Origin: Harriotta raleighana
Taxonomy: Eukaryota
Length of the DNA stretch: 64,000 nucleotides
Assembly (NCBI GenBank): GCA_050575255.1
Contig: JBNZDD010013683.1
Span: 2,907,928 to 2,971,927 of the forward strand
Direction: 5' to 3'
Part shown: piece by piece, positions 12,070-22,489 of the stretch
Position numbering within the stretch: position 1 is the first letter of the stretch
Layout: every line of letters starts with the position of its first letter
Program-made: the position numbers and the translations under genes
Notes under the pieces: generated by a model
Told to the model about the DNA's origin: nothing
The model's database searches: none
What the model saw: only the letters and a program-made list of their open reading frames with translations

Positions 12070-12490
12070 ACAACAAAAGCAACAACAACAAAATTACATT
12101 TATAGAGAGACTTTCATTTCGGGAGGACGTCCCAAGGCACTGAACAGTCAGTGGTCGGGAACTGAGCAAGGAGTTGGGGCTAGGATAGGCGGGAGGGGAG
12201 GGAAAAAGTTGGGAGGACGGCAGAAGGCACAATTGAGGAGGAAGGTCTTGAGACCGGCCTTGAAAAAGACAAGGGAGGAAGTGAGGTAAAGGGACTGTGG
12301 GATGGAGTTCCAGAGTGTGTGGGTAGAGAAGCTGAAAACCCAGCCACTGATGTTGGGTGGGTCAGGTGGGCGACATGGAGCAGACTGAAGCCCACAGAAT
12401 GGAATGGGTGCACAGGTTCATCGGGAGTCAGTAGGTCGGAGAGATAGGAGGGGGAAAGGCTGTGAATGGCCTTGAAAGTTGAAAGTCCTA
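12070..12490 (-). mobile_element. L2-type LINE 3' fragment
   Basis: (CAA)n tail, ACATTTATA..GGAGGACGTCCCAAGGCAC, and L2-like GAAGGTCTTGAGACCGGCCTTGAA..GGAGTTCCAGAG..GGCTGTGAATGGCCTTGAA. Confidence 0.7.
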
Positions 12491-12896
12491 GCTAGACTTA
12501 CGGCAGGATGCTCGGCAGACAGTGCTCTCAGACGCAAACTTTGGTTTTGGAGAGTAAGATTATCGCAGGCTGTGATCCCTGAGCCTTGGCTCTTGCCATT
12601 CTGCTCCCAAGTATTCGCTGGACTTAGATAAGCGGGGTGTGTCTCTCCGGGGAGAGCATGCACATTCCATTTTAGATTCAGGAACATTTCCTTGTGTAGG
12701 GGGCATACATATATAGATAATCCGAAGAATGGTGATGGGTCACCCCATGTGTCAGATTACCCTGCTGAGCAAACACAAAACTGCTCTATAGATTTGAATG
12801 TTCTTAAGAAATCCAATTTCTACAATTTTAATGGGAAAGGAAAAGCAATGATATCCGCCATCTTGCAGATTTTGTTTTCCGAAAGATGTTGTTTAC

Positions 12897-13095
12897 CTCA
12901 TCTACGCACAGAAATCAGTAGTTTTCACACTAGCCTCTGTGAGCAACGGTAGACCTTACTGTGAAATGTCTGCAATGATGAGTGTTCCAGCAGCATGCTC
13001 TCCCACTCTGCCTGCCTCAGCATTTTATGCGCAAATACTGACTCTTCCCTCGGGCAGGAGAAAACAGTCTCTCTTTGTTACATCTAACAATAACT
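12897..13095 (-). pseudogene. DNMT1-like exon remnant: BAH1 C-terminal half
   Basis: Acceptor tttttag|AGT and donor GAG|GTAAAC. LLEHSSLQTFHSKV ~ [15 protein letters not shown]. Stops in all frames. Confidence 0.55.
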
Positions 13096-14087
13096 CTAAA
13101 AATACTTTTTTTGTATTTAACGTAACATAAGGAGTTGGGCTATTTAGGAATAGGAAACCACCAAAAAATAAATGTTTGCTTGATTTGGATGACTGACTGT
13201 ATGTAAAAGTAATGTAAGTCTAATAACATATAGAGCCTTCAGGACCACAACAACAACTTGCACTTATATAGCACCCTCCATGCAGCGCTTAACAGTGGTG
13301 GAGCCTGACTCCGAGCTGGGGAAGGGTGTGGGGGGGGGGGAGGGGGGGGAGGAGGAGGAGAGGGGCAGAGGGTTGTGGAGTGGATGGAGCTGAACATAAG
13401 TACAGTCAAAAAAGGAAGATTTTCAGACGGGATTTCAAAAAGGGGAGAAGGTGGATAATAAAAGCAAAGTACTTTTGTCAAATGGCCTACCCTGTCAAAT
13501 GTGCAGAAGGAATCATCTGCAATAATCCATGAACTACCCAGTGAATTGCTTTGAGGAATAAGCTATGATGTAGACAACAATAAACAGCAGCAGCAATTGG
13601 CATGTATGTAGCTCACTTCACGTCAGACGAACATCTTTAGAGTGTAGGAAACTGAGATGGAACCATGTCTCAGAAATCCTAGCTTGTGAAGAAAGACTAA
13701 GTTGTTTTTAATACTGAAATAGACCTGACTTGACTTGCAATGATGGATTGGACATTTGGATGTGTCTCTGCCGAGCAAACACCCAAAGTTTACAATTTCC
13801 CAAACTCAGTCCAGCAAAAATCAGAATTCTCCCAACCATTACCTTCTAAGGACAAACGAGACAGTAAATAACTGTCAGTTTAGACGACAGTCGGTAAGGA
13901 TGAAATGGGCCGATGGACCTTCTTCAACCAAACTAATCTTATGATTTTAGGAATGATGTTTTTTTTTAAAAAAAAGTAGTGCTTCAAAAATTCTGTTCAA
14001 TTACTGAATTAAATGTGGGAATTTATTTTAAACCTCCTTTGTAAATAATTACAGAACAAATTCTGCGGACTGTTGAATAGTGCTCAC

Positions 14088-14384
14088 TTCTCTTCCTCCG
14101 TTTGCATGCCTCGGATAGTACCATAGTGCTCAAAATATTCCGAATGTTTTTCTAAAAAGGTTTGCCAGTGTATCCTGGTGTCCCAAGGCTTCCTGTTTAT
14201 TTCACAAAGCTGCCCAGACAAGCACTGACGTCTGGGTATAAAACCGTACAGAACAATCTTTGTTTTCCATCTAACTTTGAAGCCTTGAAGCAAGTCTTTA
14301 GCTGTTGGGTCCATCCTGCATGCCACAAGTGGAAGCAGCTTCCCACTGAATTCAGCCATTATGCAATGTTCTAACCATACCCGA
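14088..14384 (-). pseudogene. DNMT1-like exon remnant: BAH1 N-terminal half
   Basis: Acceptor ttttag|TCG and donor AA|GTGAGC; 297 nt with one frame fully open. BAH-like pieces are spread over frames (KTCFKASKLDG; TPGYTGK; LANLFRKTFGIF*ALWYYP). Confidence 0.5.
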
Positions 14385-16709
14385 CTAAAATAGACTCCTG
14401 CTTTAGTAAACTATGCCACTAGAGGAAGCTGCTTGCTGACTCCTCTTCTCATCCACCGATGTGGATGGGCAGATTGACTTCAGCTTGAGATGTCAACCGA
14501 CCTTCCTGCAAGTCTTATTTTTTCATTGTTGTATTTCTTAAATGGACACGACTGGGTCCAAGGTTTAGGATTCCAAGTAGGATTCTTCAGTAAGGAATCC
14601 CTTGAGCAATCCTGTTCACCTGGGGATTGGGGGAGAGTGGGACGGAGACCTCTGCTCAAGGTGGAGATTTCATTGAGTCAACATGACACACGTGCTGTTA
14701 TCGGAATCGCTTCTCCTCCTCCATTTGCGTGACTTGGAATCTTTATTAAAGAAAGTGAGTGTGGATGCATGATTTCTAACTGGATTCCTTGTTACCGATT
14801 TCTATCGAAGACTCAGAACTTTTTGGCTTTTACCTTTTCGATAGAAATATAGAGNCGGAGTCTAAAATGCATGATTTCTAACTGGATTCCTTGTTACCGA
14901 TTTCTATCGAAGACTCAGAACTTTTTGGCTTTTACCTTTTCGATAGAAATATAGAGGAACAATAAAGTAAACAAGATAAATACGCTCCTCAATGGATAAG
15001 CTGTTAAGAATGATTAACCCAAAAATTGGATACAGGACTTGTTCTATGTAAACATATGGAAATAATGGATCAAATCGACATTTCTGGGTCCACACATAAA
15101 TTGGAGTGAATTATATATAATTGAACCCGTGTGCAGGCAACATATAACATCAGTTAAGTAAGCACAATCTCTCATTTCAGTGTAAAAAATGAACAATTTA
15201 CAAGTAAAGGGAGCATTAGTCAAGCAAATCAAACCGTTTTCTAGGCATCACCCACATATTAAATAGTTAGGTAGAGCTGCGGGCATGCCCAGCAACGTTG
15301 CATAAAGAGGGGGAGGAACAATAGATTCTATAGCACAATAGCCTTCACCTCTTCTTTATTCCCCCCCCACTCCCACCTCAAGACGCACAAGTCCCCTTGG
15401 GTCTGTGACACTTTAAAGGAAGCATTTGAACTTTTCATAGAAAAATGCAAAATAATAATAAAATGTGCGGGTTTTCTTACATCAATATTTTAGTAGGAAA
15501 AAAGGAACTAGTCCATGTGTCTCCAGTATTATTGTTAACTGTAATATTTAGTGCTCACTGATACAATGGGTTAATTAATTCAATGTACGTTGGCTAAGAA
15601 AAGATTAGCTGAATTCTGGTGATGTCCCATTACTGAAAATGAATTCAATTTGACTTGCTTGCATCCTTTTAGTTTCAGGCTAGTAATAATATATTGGAAT
15701 TAAATTGAATATGACTGTTCTTACATTTGTTAGCCATTTTTTAAATAATCAAATTAACAAGTACAGAATAATAACACAATGCAAAAGTCCTGCCAGCATT
15801 TAATGCTATGAACTGTAACACAGTAACCGTGTATACATGACTGTGGTCCTGGATATTCAGTGCTATTGAGGGGACGAAAGCTGAGAGTTTCATTTTCTGA
15901 CATTGCAGGGCTCTATAACTGACACATCAACCTTACACATTAGTACCACAATGTAATATTTGAGCGAGCTCTGGTAAAGAAAAATATTGATGATGCCATT
16001 GGGTAATTTGCTCACAGATGTGGTGAAACAAGCTGAACATGTTCTCAGGGAAGGATCCAAAACAGATTTTGAAGATGACAGATTTACAGGAAGCCTATGC
16101 ATGGCTGTGCATCAGCAAACAAGTTCTATGGAAATATATTTGTATCTCATTTGACAAGTTAAACAGCTATCAGTTTAATCTGCTAATTTGGTCAAATTTA
16201 ACATTCTCCATACTTTCAATCTTTCAGTGACTCAGGACCCAATTTAGTTGGGAATTTGGGACAGTAACTAAGTCAACAGCTTCACTCATAAATTTGAAGT
16301 CCTAGGTATTTTTTTATTGCTTTGTGTTCTTTGTTTCTCTTTACCATTTTGTTCTAGTATTTGATGTGCTAAGTGCGTCTGCATGCAATAGGGGAAACAG
16401 ATGTGCAGGCATGTAAGCTGGCCATGCTGGAGTAGAGTGGGTGGCGTCTTTTTCTATTACAATTGAGAGCTTCCTGTATTGAGTTGCTCAAGGCTTTCTG
16501 GAGAGCATTGAGACAGTTTGTGCTGGACTCGTGTCAAATTGGAAAAGAGTGAGATTATCCAAAAAATTCCTCCATGAAATCCTTTGCAGCCATTGTAAAG
16601 AGCTGCATGGTTTATCAGAGAGTTTCGATAGCTACTTGATCAGTAAGAACAAACATTTAAAGGCCATGGAGAAAAGTGGTAAATGGAACTAAAGGGAGAG
16701 GTCGTAGAT

Positions 16710-16940
16710 TTAATAATAATACTAACAGTAATAATCCTTGCATTTCATACAATACCTTATCAGGTCTTCGATTCATCTCAAAGCGCTTTCCAGAATATAC
16801 TGTGTATTTTTATCATTTACGCCCACAAATATACAGTCAATTCACTTTACGGTATATTCTGTGAAGTGCTTTCGATGTCGATAAGATGTGAAAAGCGCTA
16901 AAGCAAACGTAAGGATTATTATTTTATTATTATTATTTTG
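16710..16940. mobile_element. Two SINE 3' ends in inverted orientation (tails outward)
   Basis: TAATCCTTGCATTT..CAAAGCGCTT..AGAATATAC on the left is the reverse complement of GTATATTCTGTGAAGTGCTTT..GTAAGGATTA on the right. Confidence 0.7.
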
Positions 16941-17380
16941 TAAGCAAATGCTGCCTCCAATTTGAACACAGCAATGTCTTGCAAACAGCCATGAAACTTA
17001 TCGCCGACTGTCACCACATAGACACGCAACACTTCATAGCACTACTGCTTGATTGCATATAGGGGCTGGCATCTTTTATTTAAATTCTATCCTCCATCTC
17101 TCTTCAATCTTCCTGATAATTGAATGGCAAGGTTCTTACTTTCTTTCCAGTGTACAACCCAGTGTACAGTGTACAACCACACCAGGCAATCGGAGATGTC
17201 GAGACCCAAACTAGAACATTGCTCAATGCAATTTCATTCTCTAATTATCCAGGGGGAACAATTGAATTGAAGTGATGTTTAAATTAAACATTGCTTAGAT
17301 TTGCTGCAGTGACTCCAGCTACAGTCTGTTGGTATCTCCTTGCAAATGGTGATCAACCCTAACCAACATTTTTTGCTTAC

Positions 17381-17449
17381 CTGAAAACTTGTTGCACATG
17401 AATGCCGCCTTTCAGGGGTTGCGCAATTCTCAGCACTAACACACCATAA
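17381..17449 (-). pseudogene. DNMT1-like small exon, positionally just before the CXXC domain
   Basis: Strong acceptor tctctctcttag and donor CAG|GTAAGC. 69 nt, open in phase 0: LWCVSAENCATPERRHSCATSFQ, weakly like ENAFKRRRCGVCE. Confidence 0.45.
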
Positions 17450-17835
17450 CTAAGAGAGAGATGCATGTAAATTCATGCTGAACATTTTTCTGTACCTTCA
17501 AGCATTGATCCAATTCAGAGTTTACAATTCCAGTCCACAAAACAGCTTCAACCACTGACTTTAATTAAGGTAATTATTTGCTGCTTTGAGTGTCAATTCA
17601 CTTTTGCAACCTCACGTACAGCTCATGTATTCACAGAATAATTCATCACATCCATTATGGAAATTATATCAGTTGTCATATTACATTCGCACAAAATCTG
17701 TTTCATCCCATCAACATAGCACTGTATAACCAACAGATATTCCTGAATTCCATGCAATATAAATACAGGTGAGTGCTAAGGAATTGAAGTTGCATCTTTT
17801 GAATGCTCTTTGTAGCACATTACATTACACAGATT

Positions 17836-18010
17836 TAATAATAATACTCCTTGCATTTGATGTAGTGCTTTTCACATCTTCTAGACATCTCAAAGCGCTT
17901 CACTGTAAAGTGAATTGACTGTATATTTGTGGGTGAAACGCGGCAACCAATTGCGCACAGCAGTGTCCAACAAACAGTCATGGATTGAAATTACCAATTT
18001 TATTATTGTG
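17836..18010 (-). mobile_element. 5'-truncated SINE
   Basis: Near-consensus tail and core on the reverse strand. Confidence 0.85.
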
Positions 18011-18310
18011 TTTTTTTATCAATATTATGTAATATGAATAATTTGCGTATACTGTACCACAACCAAACAAGCCATTCGGCCCAACAAGTCAGAGCCAGTG
18101 TCTATACTCCACATGAACCTCCATCGTAATGCAAATGCTCGATGTGGTACTTAAAACATACAAATGTGTTTTAAGAAATAGCGAATGTCACTTCCACCCA
18201 ATAGTTAATTCAATCGAAGGCCAGTGAATTTGTGGACACAACCAATGCCTGAAATTGGTTGGAAAAATAAATACTGACTAGGTTTAGATATCCTTTGGTA
18301 GGAAATGTAC

Positions 18311-18497
18311 CTCTACAGCCAAATGGATGAACTTAATTTGGGTTGAATGGCTTTTTCTCATCCTCAACCTTTCATATGACCTCAAAACACTACTACATAA
18401 GCTTGACGGCCAAATGTATTCCATGATCTATCGACACGGGAGCATTTGCCTTTGCAGAGTATTGCTGGCAGAATATTGCTATCCGAAATGCAAAGCT
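18311..18497 (-). pseudogene. DNMT1-like exon remnant: RFTS C-terminal lobe
   Basis: Acceptor cttcag|AGC and donor GAG|GTACAT. RQAYVVV / LRSYE / KVEDEKKPF / KFIHLA ~ [31 protein letters not shown]. Confidence 0.6.
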
Positions 18498-18760
18498 CTG
18501 AAGATGTATGGTAGAACTGAGTTAAAATATTGTTTGAGTATTCCTTTATTGAGCACTGTATTTGTGCTCTGCAGTATAAAGATACATTACCCTAAAAAAT
18601 TTCTTCTCTGCCCTTTTACACCTTATCATCTTTTGTTGAACTAAGTCTAGCTTTCTGCAGACTGTTCATTGTCTGTTACTGATTTGAGTTCACAGGAGGA
18701 ATTTCCGCACGCCATTGAATTATTTACAATGAAATGTCAAAGCTAGTTACTATTATTTGT

Positions 18761-18966
18761 TACTATATTTAACCAAAGCAGCCTTCAGCAGAATGAACCT
18801 TTTATCAATGAACCTAATCCTTCTCTTTGATTATCTAGCTAAAATGAGCACATGCAATCTTCATGTTGCTATATTTAACCAAGTTGCCTTTAGCTGAATG
18901 ATTCCTTTGTCAATAGCCATAATCTTCTTGTTCCAGTTTAGCTAGTTAAAATGAGCACGTGAAATT
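18761..18966 (+). repeat. Diverged ~105-bp direct duplication
   Basis: CTATATTTAACCAA..GCCTT.AGC.GAATGA..CTAG.TAAAATGAGCAC occurs twice in tandem. Confidence 0.75.
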
Positions 18967-19079
18967 ATTATTTGAAAAGCTATATTGTCAGTCACCCTAC
19001 TTCAGAATGGTTATGTTCAGAATAAACTATTTAGTGACTCTAATAGCTGACATTGAATGATGATTTTAGGTAATATTAC

Positions 19080-19578
19080 TTGCAATATTTCCCAACCATT
19101 TCCTGGCAAACGAGTTCATAAAGCGGCGTATGTATTTTGCAGCAGCATCATTGTAAATTCTGTTATCTTTTGAGAACACAGTGAGACAAATTAATCTTAG
19201 AGCTGTGGTTTTAATTCTAATGGCTTAAACATTCTGTGCCATTTGACCTGTGTCTATGTCATTCTCAGAGTGGTGTCACAATTCTTTCCGCACAACTGCG
19301 TCTCCTTAAATTAGTTATTTTTCAGCATTCATTGTGATTGTTTTTAAAAGGCACGCAGCCTCCTTCATTTTCAATCCGAATTGTCACCGAAATGAATTAT
19401 GCAACTGAATGTAAAACGGCTGTGGATTTGACCCGTGCTGGTCTCAAAATTGCTTCCAATTATTCTGGGTGCACAAATGCTAGAATTCGGGAAAGTTCGG
19501 GATTTACAAGTGTTGGATTCAATTTGTGTCCATCTTAATAGACAAAGTAAATCCAGATCTTCATAACCTTGAGCTATG
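19080..19578 (-). pseudogene. DNMT1-like exon remnant: RFTS core
   Basis: Phase-1 acceptor gttgtctag|CA continues the frame of the 21590-21799 exon. KIWIYFVY*DGHKLNP ~ [27 protein letters not shown] ~ SLEGGVNGKN; LICLTVFSK..HTPLYELVCQE ~ LIGFSTSFAE..YAPIFGLMQE. Donor GTAATA. Confidence 0.7.
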
Positions 19579-20804
19579 CTAGACAACAGGACAAGAGGCA
19601 ACATTTTCGAAGCAATCAAGGCACGTCAGGACAGTCACTTAAAAGCATCCGTTTACACTAAAGTAAGGATGGGTGGAATAAGTTATCAGGTAGGTTGGTA
19701 GAGACCAGGTCAATGGACATCTTTAAAATGATTCGTGCTGTAATGAGAAGATGGGAAACAATATTGAAGCCATCAAGTGACACAGCCATTAAGTGAATAA
19801 TCAATTTTATCTGACGGATTGTTTGCCAATTGGAGAAATTCCCTTATCTTTAAGAGAGGTGCCATGGGATCTTTAACATGCACCTGAACAGACCAGTGGA
19901 ACTGTGATTCAACCACTGATTCAAAGGATCTGCCAATGAAGCAGCCCCACAAGAATTGTACTGGGGTGTTAGTCTGCAGACAAGATGAGCTCAAAGTCCC
20001 AACATAGCACTTAAACCCACAACTTTTTGACTCAGGGATAGCAATTGAGGTTTGGTGTTCTGGAAAGCAGGGATCACAGAATGAGATTGTTTCTTGTGAA
20101 ATGTGCCTGACCATCTCTTCTTCTCATCCTTTTGTATGTTTCTCTATCAACAATGCAATGCCACGTGAATTTACGTTTGTTAACATTTATTATCAGACAT
20201 AAAGAGCCAGGTGGCCGTTATGACTATTAGATTTTTGTTGTGTGTTTTGGGAATAAATTATGGGATTGATTTGCATTGCTCCATTTGCAACTAAACGCAT
20301 TTACTACCTGCGCAGTAACTAAAAATATATTTGAAATCCAATTTCTCATTCCCTTCCTTGTCATTTAATCAGACCTCTCAAAGTTGCTTTTACAATGTCA
20401 GGCGAAATCCTTGGCAGAGCCAGAGATCGGACGGGAAGAGCATCTTCCGGACATGTTTACTGGACATTGATTATATGAGAGTAAAGCAAACAAACATTTC
20501 CAGTCAAAATTCACTCCTCACAAGGCGAAATGATTAGGAGCTACCTGGAAATGTGTCCAAATACCAAGGAAAATTTAAGTGTGCAATGAATACATTTTAA
20601 AATGTATTGGCCAAATATTTTTGGAAATAGGGCAGCTGTTCTCCACAGAACACTCACCCGGATCACTGTGGGAAACAACGTCAGGGGATGTGAATGGAGT
20701 GTCCCAGGGGTTGCAACTGATTCCAAATAGATGCATTTAGCAGAACGGGATGGGTCTTGAGTAATTCAAAGGTCCTGTTGACAACCTGCATTCCTCTTTA
20801 GCTA

Positions 20805-20985
20805 ATAATAATAATAAATTGGTCACCCACGACTGTTTGTGGGACACTACTGTGCGCATTTGGCTGCTGTGTTTTGCCCACAAAATATAGTCGTTTCACT
20901 TTACAGTGTACTCGGCGAAACGCTTTGAGACATCTCAGAGATGTAATAAGGCTCTATGTCAAATGCAAGAATTGTTATTATTATC
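20805..20985 (+). mobile_element. 5'-truncated SINE
   Basis: GACTGTTTGTGGGACACTACTGTGCGCATTTGGCTGC core plus tail. Confidence 0.85.
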
Positions 20986-21589
20986 ATCAATGAGACACGT
21001 CCTAAACATTGAAGCCAAAGCCACAACAGCGAGTTGGGGGCCTCACTCGATAATTACCATGATATGTACAATTGGTAAGATGTTCTGGTACCATTATTAG
21101 TTAGAATATCAATTTGTACAGAGAAATCACCCAAAGTAACCAAAGCTCTGAAAATTTACAAATAGGAGAAAAGTTGAGTCGGAAATTCAATATAAGATAA
21201 ATAACCACACGTTGTCACTCGCCGATCTAACGAAGAGATGGGTCAGTGAGTAGGCTCTTTTGTACTAAAGAGTACAATAAATGCTCAACAAGCTGTGAGA
21301 GTATTCACATTACAATGCGCTTCTTATCCTAAGCACAAACCCAAGTGCTTACTACATTCCGTCTTTGGTCATCAGATCCTCTAATGTAATTATAGCTCCT
21401 AGCACAACACTAAAACTAAATGTGTTTTTAACTTGGCAACATACCAGCTATGAAAAGGTGCAAATGTGGTGGTTGAATACAGATGCACGTTTCCTCTTTG
21501 TTTATGGGATCATTATTTGACTCGTCACAAAATTACGAAAAGACAGTGAGCAGGTCTATTTCAAGAAACTAGCATTTAACTTTTCTAAC

Positions 21590-21799
21590 CGACTGAGTAG
21601 ACTGCCGATTCTAATCCGTAAATTCTATCCATGAAATGTACCGAGGAGTTGATGAGATTACATCCTTGTGAGGAAACAGTTAGGAAATCAAATCGCTCGT
21701 GGTATTGCATCCACAAGTCTGATCTTCTCCAGGGTTTCACTGAACTGCAGACGGCCTTCTCCCCTTTCCACCAATACCAATTTGTTGACAAATATAGAC
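21590..21799 (-). pseudogene. DNMT1-like exon remnant: RFTS N-terminus (frame still open)
   Basis: Acceptor actaatag|G and donor G|GTTAGA; 210 nt, phase 1-1, no stop. VCSSVKPWRRSDLWMQYH..NLINSSVHFMDRIYGLES ~ KCIQCGQYLDDPDLKYGQH..MLTNEKLSIFDANESGFES. Confidence 0.6.
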
Positions 21800-21969
21800 C
21801 TATTAGTAATGTATATCAGGGGTTGAAAAAATATATTCTGTTACACATTAAAAAGACATGTATTCTTGACTACTGACGTATGGTAGTCTGAACATGAGAG
21901 TTGAATTTGGTTATTAATCCTGGAAAGGTAGATGTTGGTGAGCATTGAACTCATTACTCTTTGTAATAC

Positions 21970-22489
21970 TAATAATAATAATAATTCTTGCATTTGATAT
22001 AGCACTTTTAACGTCTTCTAGACGTCTCAAATCACTTCACAGAATATACTGTGATTTGACTGTATATTTGTGGGTGAAATGTGGCAGCAGTATCCCTCAA
22101 ACAGTTGTGGATTGAAATGAACAACTTATTATTGTTTATTTCNGTGGCAGCTAATTGCCCACAGCAGTGTCCCTCAAACAGTTGTGGATTGAAATGAACA
22201 ACTTATTATTGTTTATTTCTTGAGGGATTATTATCAGGTGTGTGTGTGGCATAAGGAAACTTGCTGAAGGTTTCGCCCTGAGCTGCCTGGAATTGAACCC
22301 AGGTCCCTCGCTTGTAAGGCAAGTGCTCTAACCACTGAGCTACAGTTGAACTGTCTTGAGGGATTATTATCAGGTGTGTGTGTGGCATAAGGAAACTTGC
22401 TGAAGGTTTCGCCCTGAGCTGCCTGGAATTGAACCCAGGTCCCTCGCTTGTAAGGCAAGTGCTCTAACCACTGAGCTACAGTTGAACTG
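21970..22489 (-). mobile_element. Full-length SINE with tandem-duplicated 136-bp head
   Basis: 22218-22353 and 22354-22489 are identical copies of the tRNA-like head. An N-join at 22143 duplicates part of the core. Confidence 0.85.

Noticed and set aside
8936-14384. Initial resemblance to KDM3/Hairless JmjC (ALWDLF, GKLL..DP) and to BAHD1 (LWYY.P.H..GGR)
   Set aside because: These are isolated words. The DNMT1 interpretation explains all segments in collinear order, and the BAHD1-like words are compatible with a generic BAH fold.
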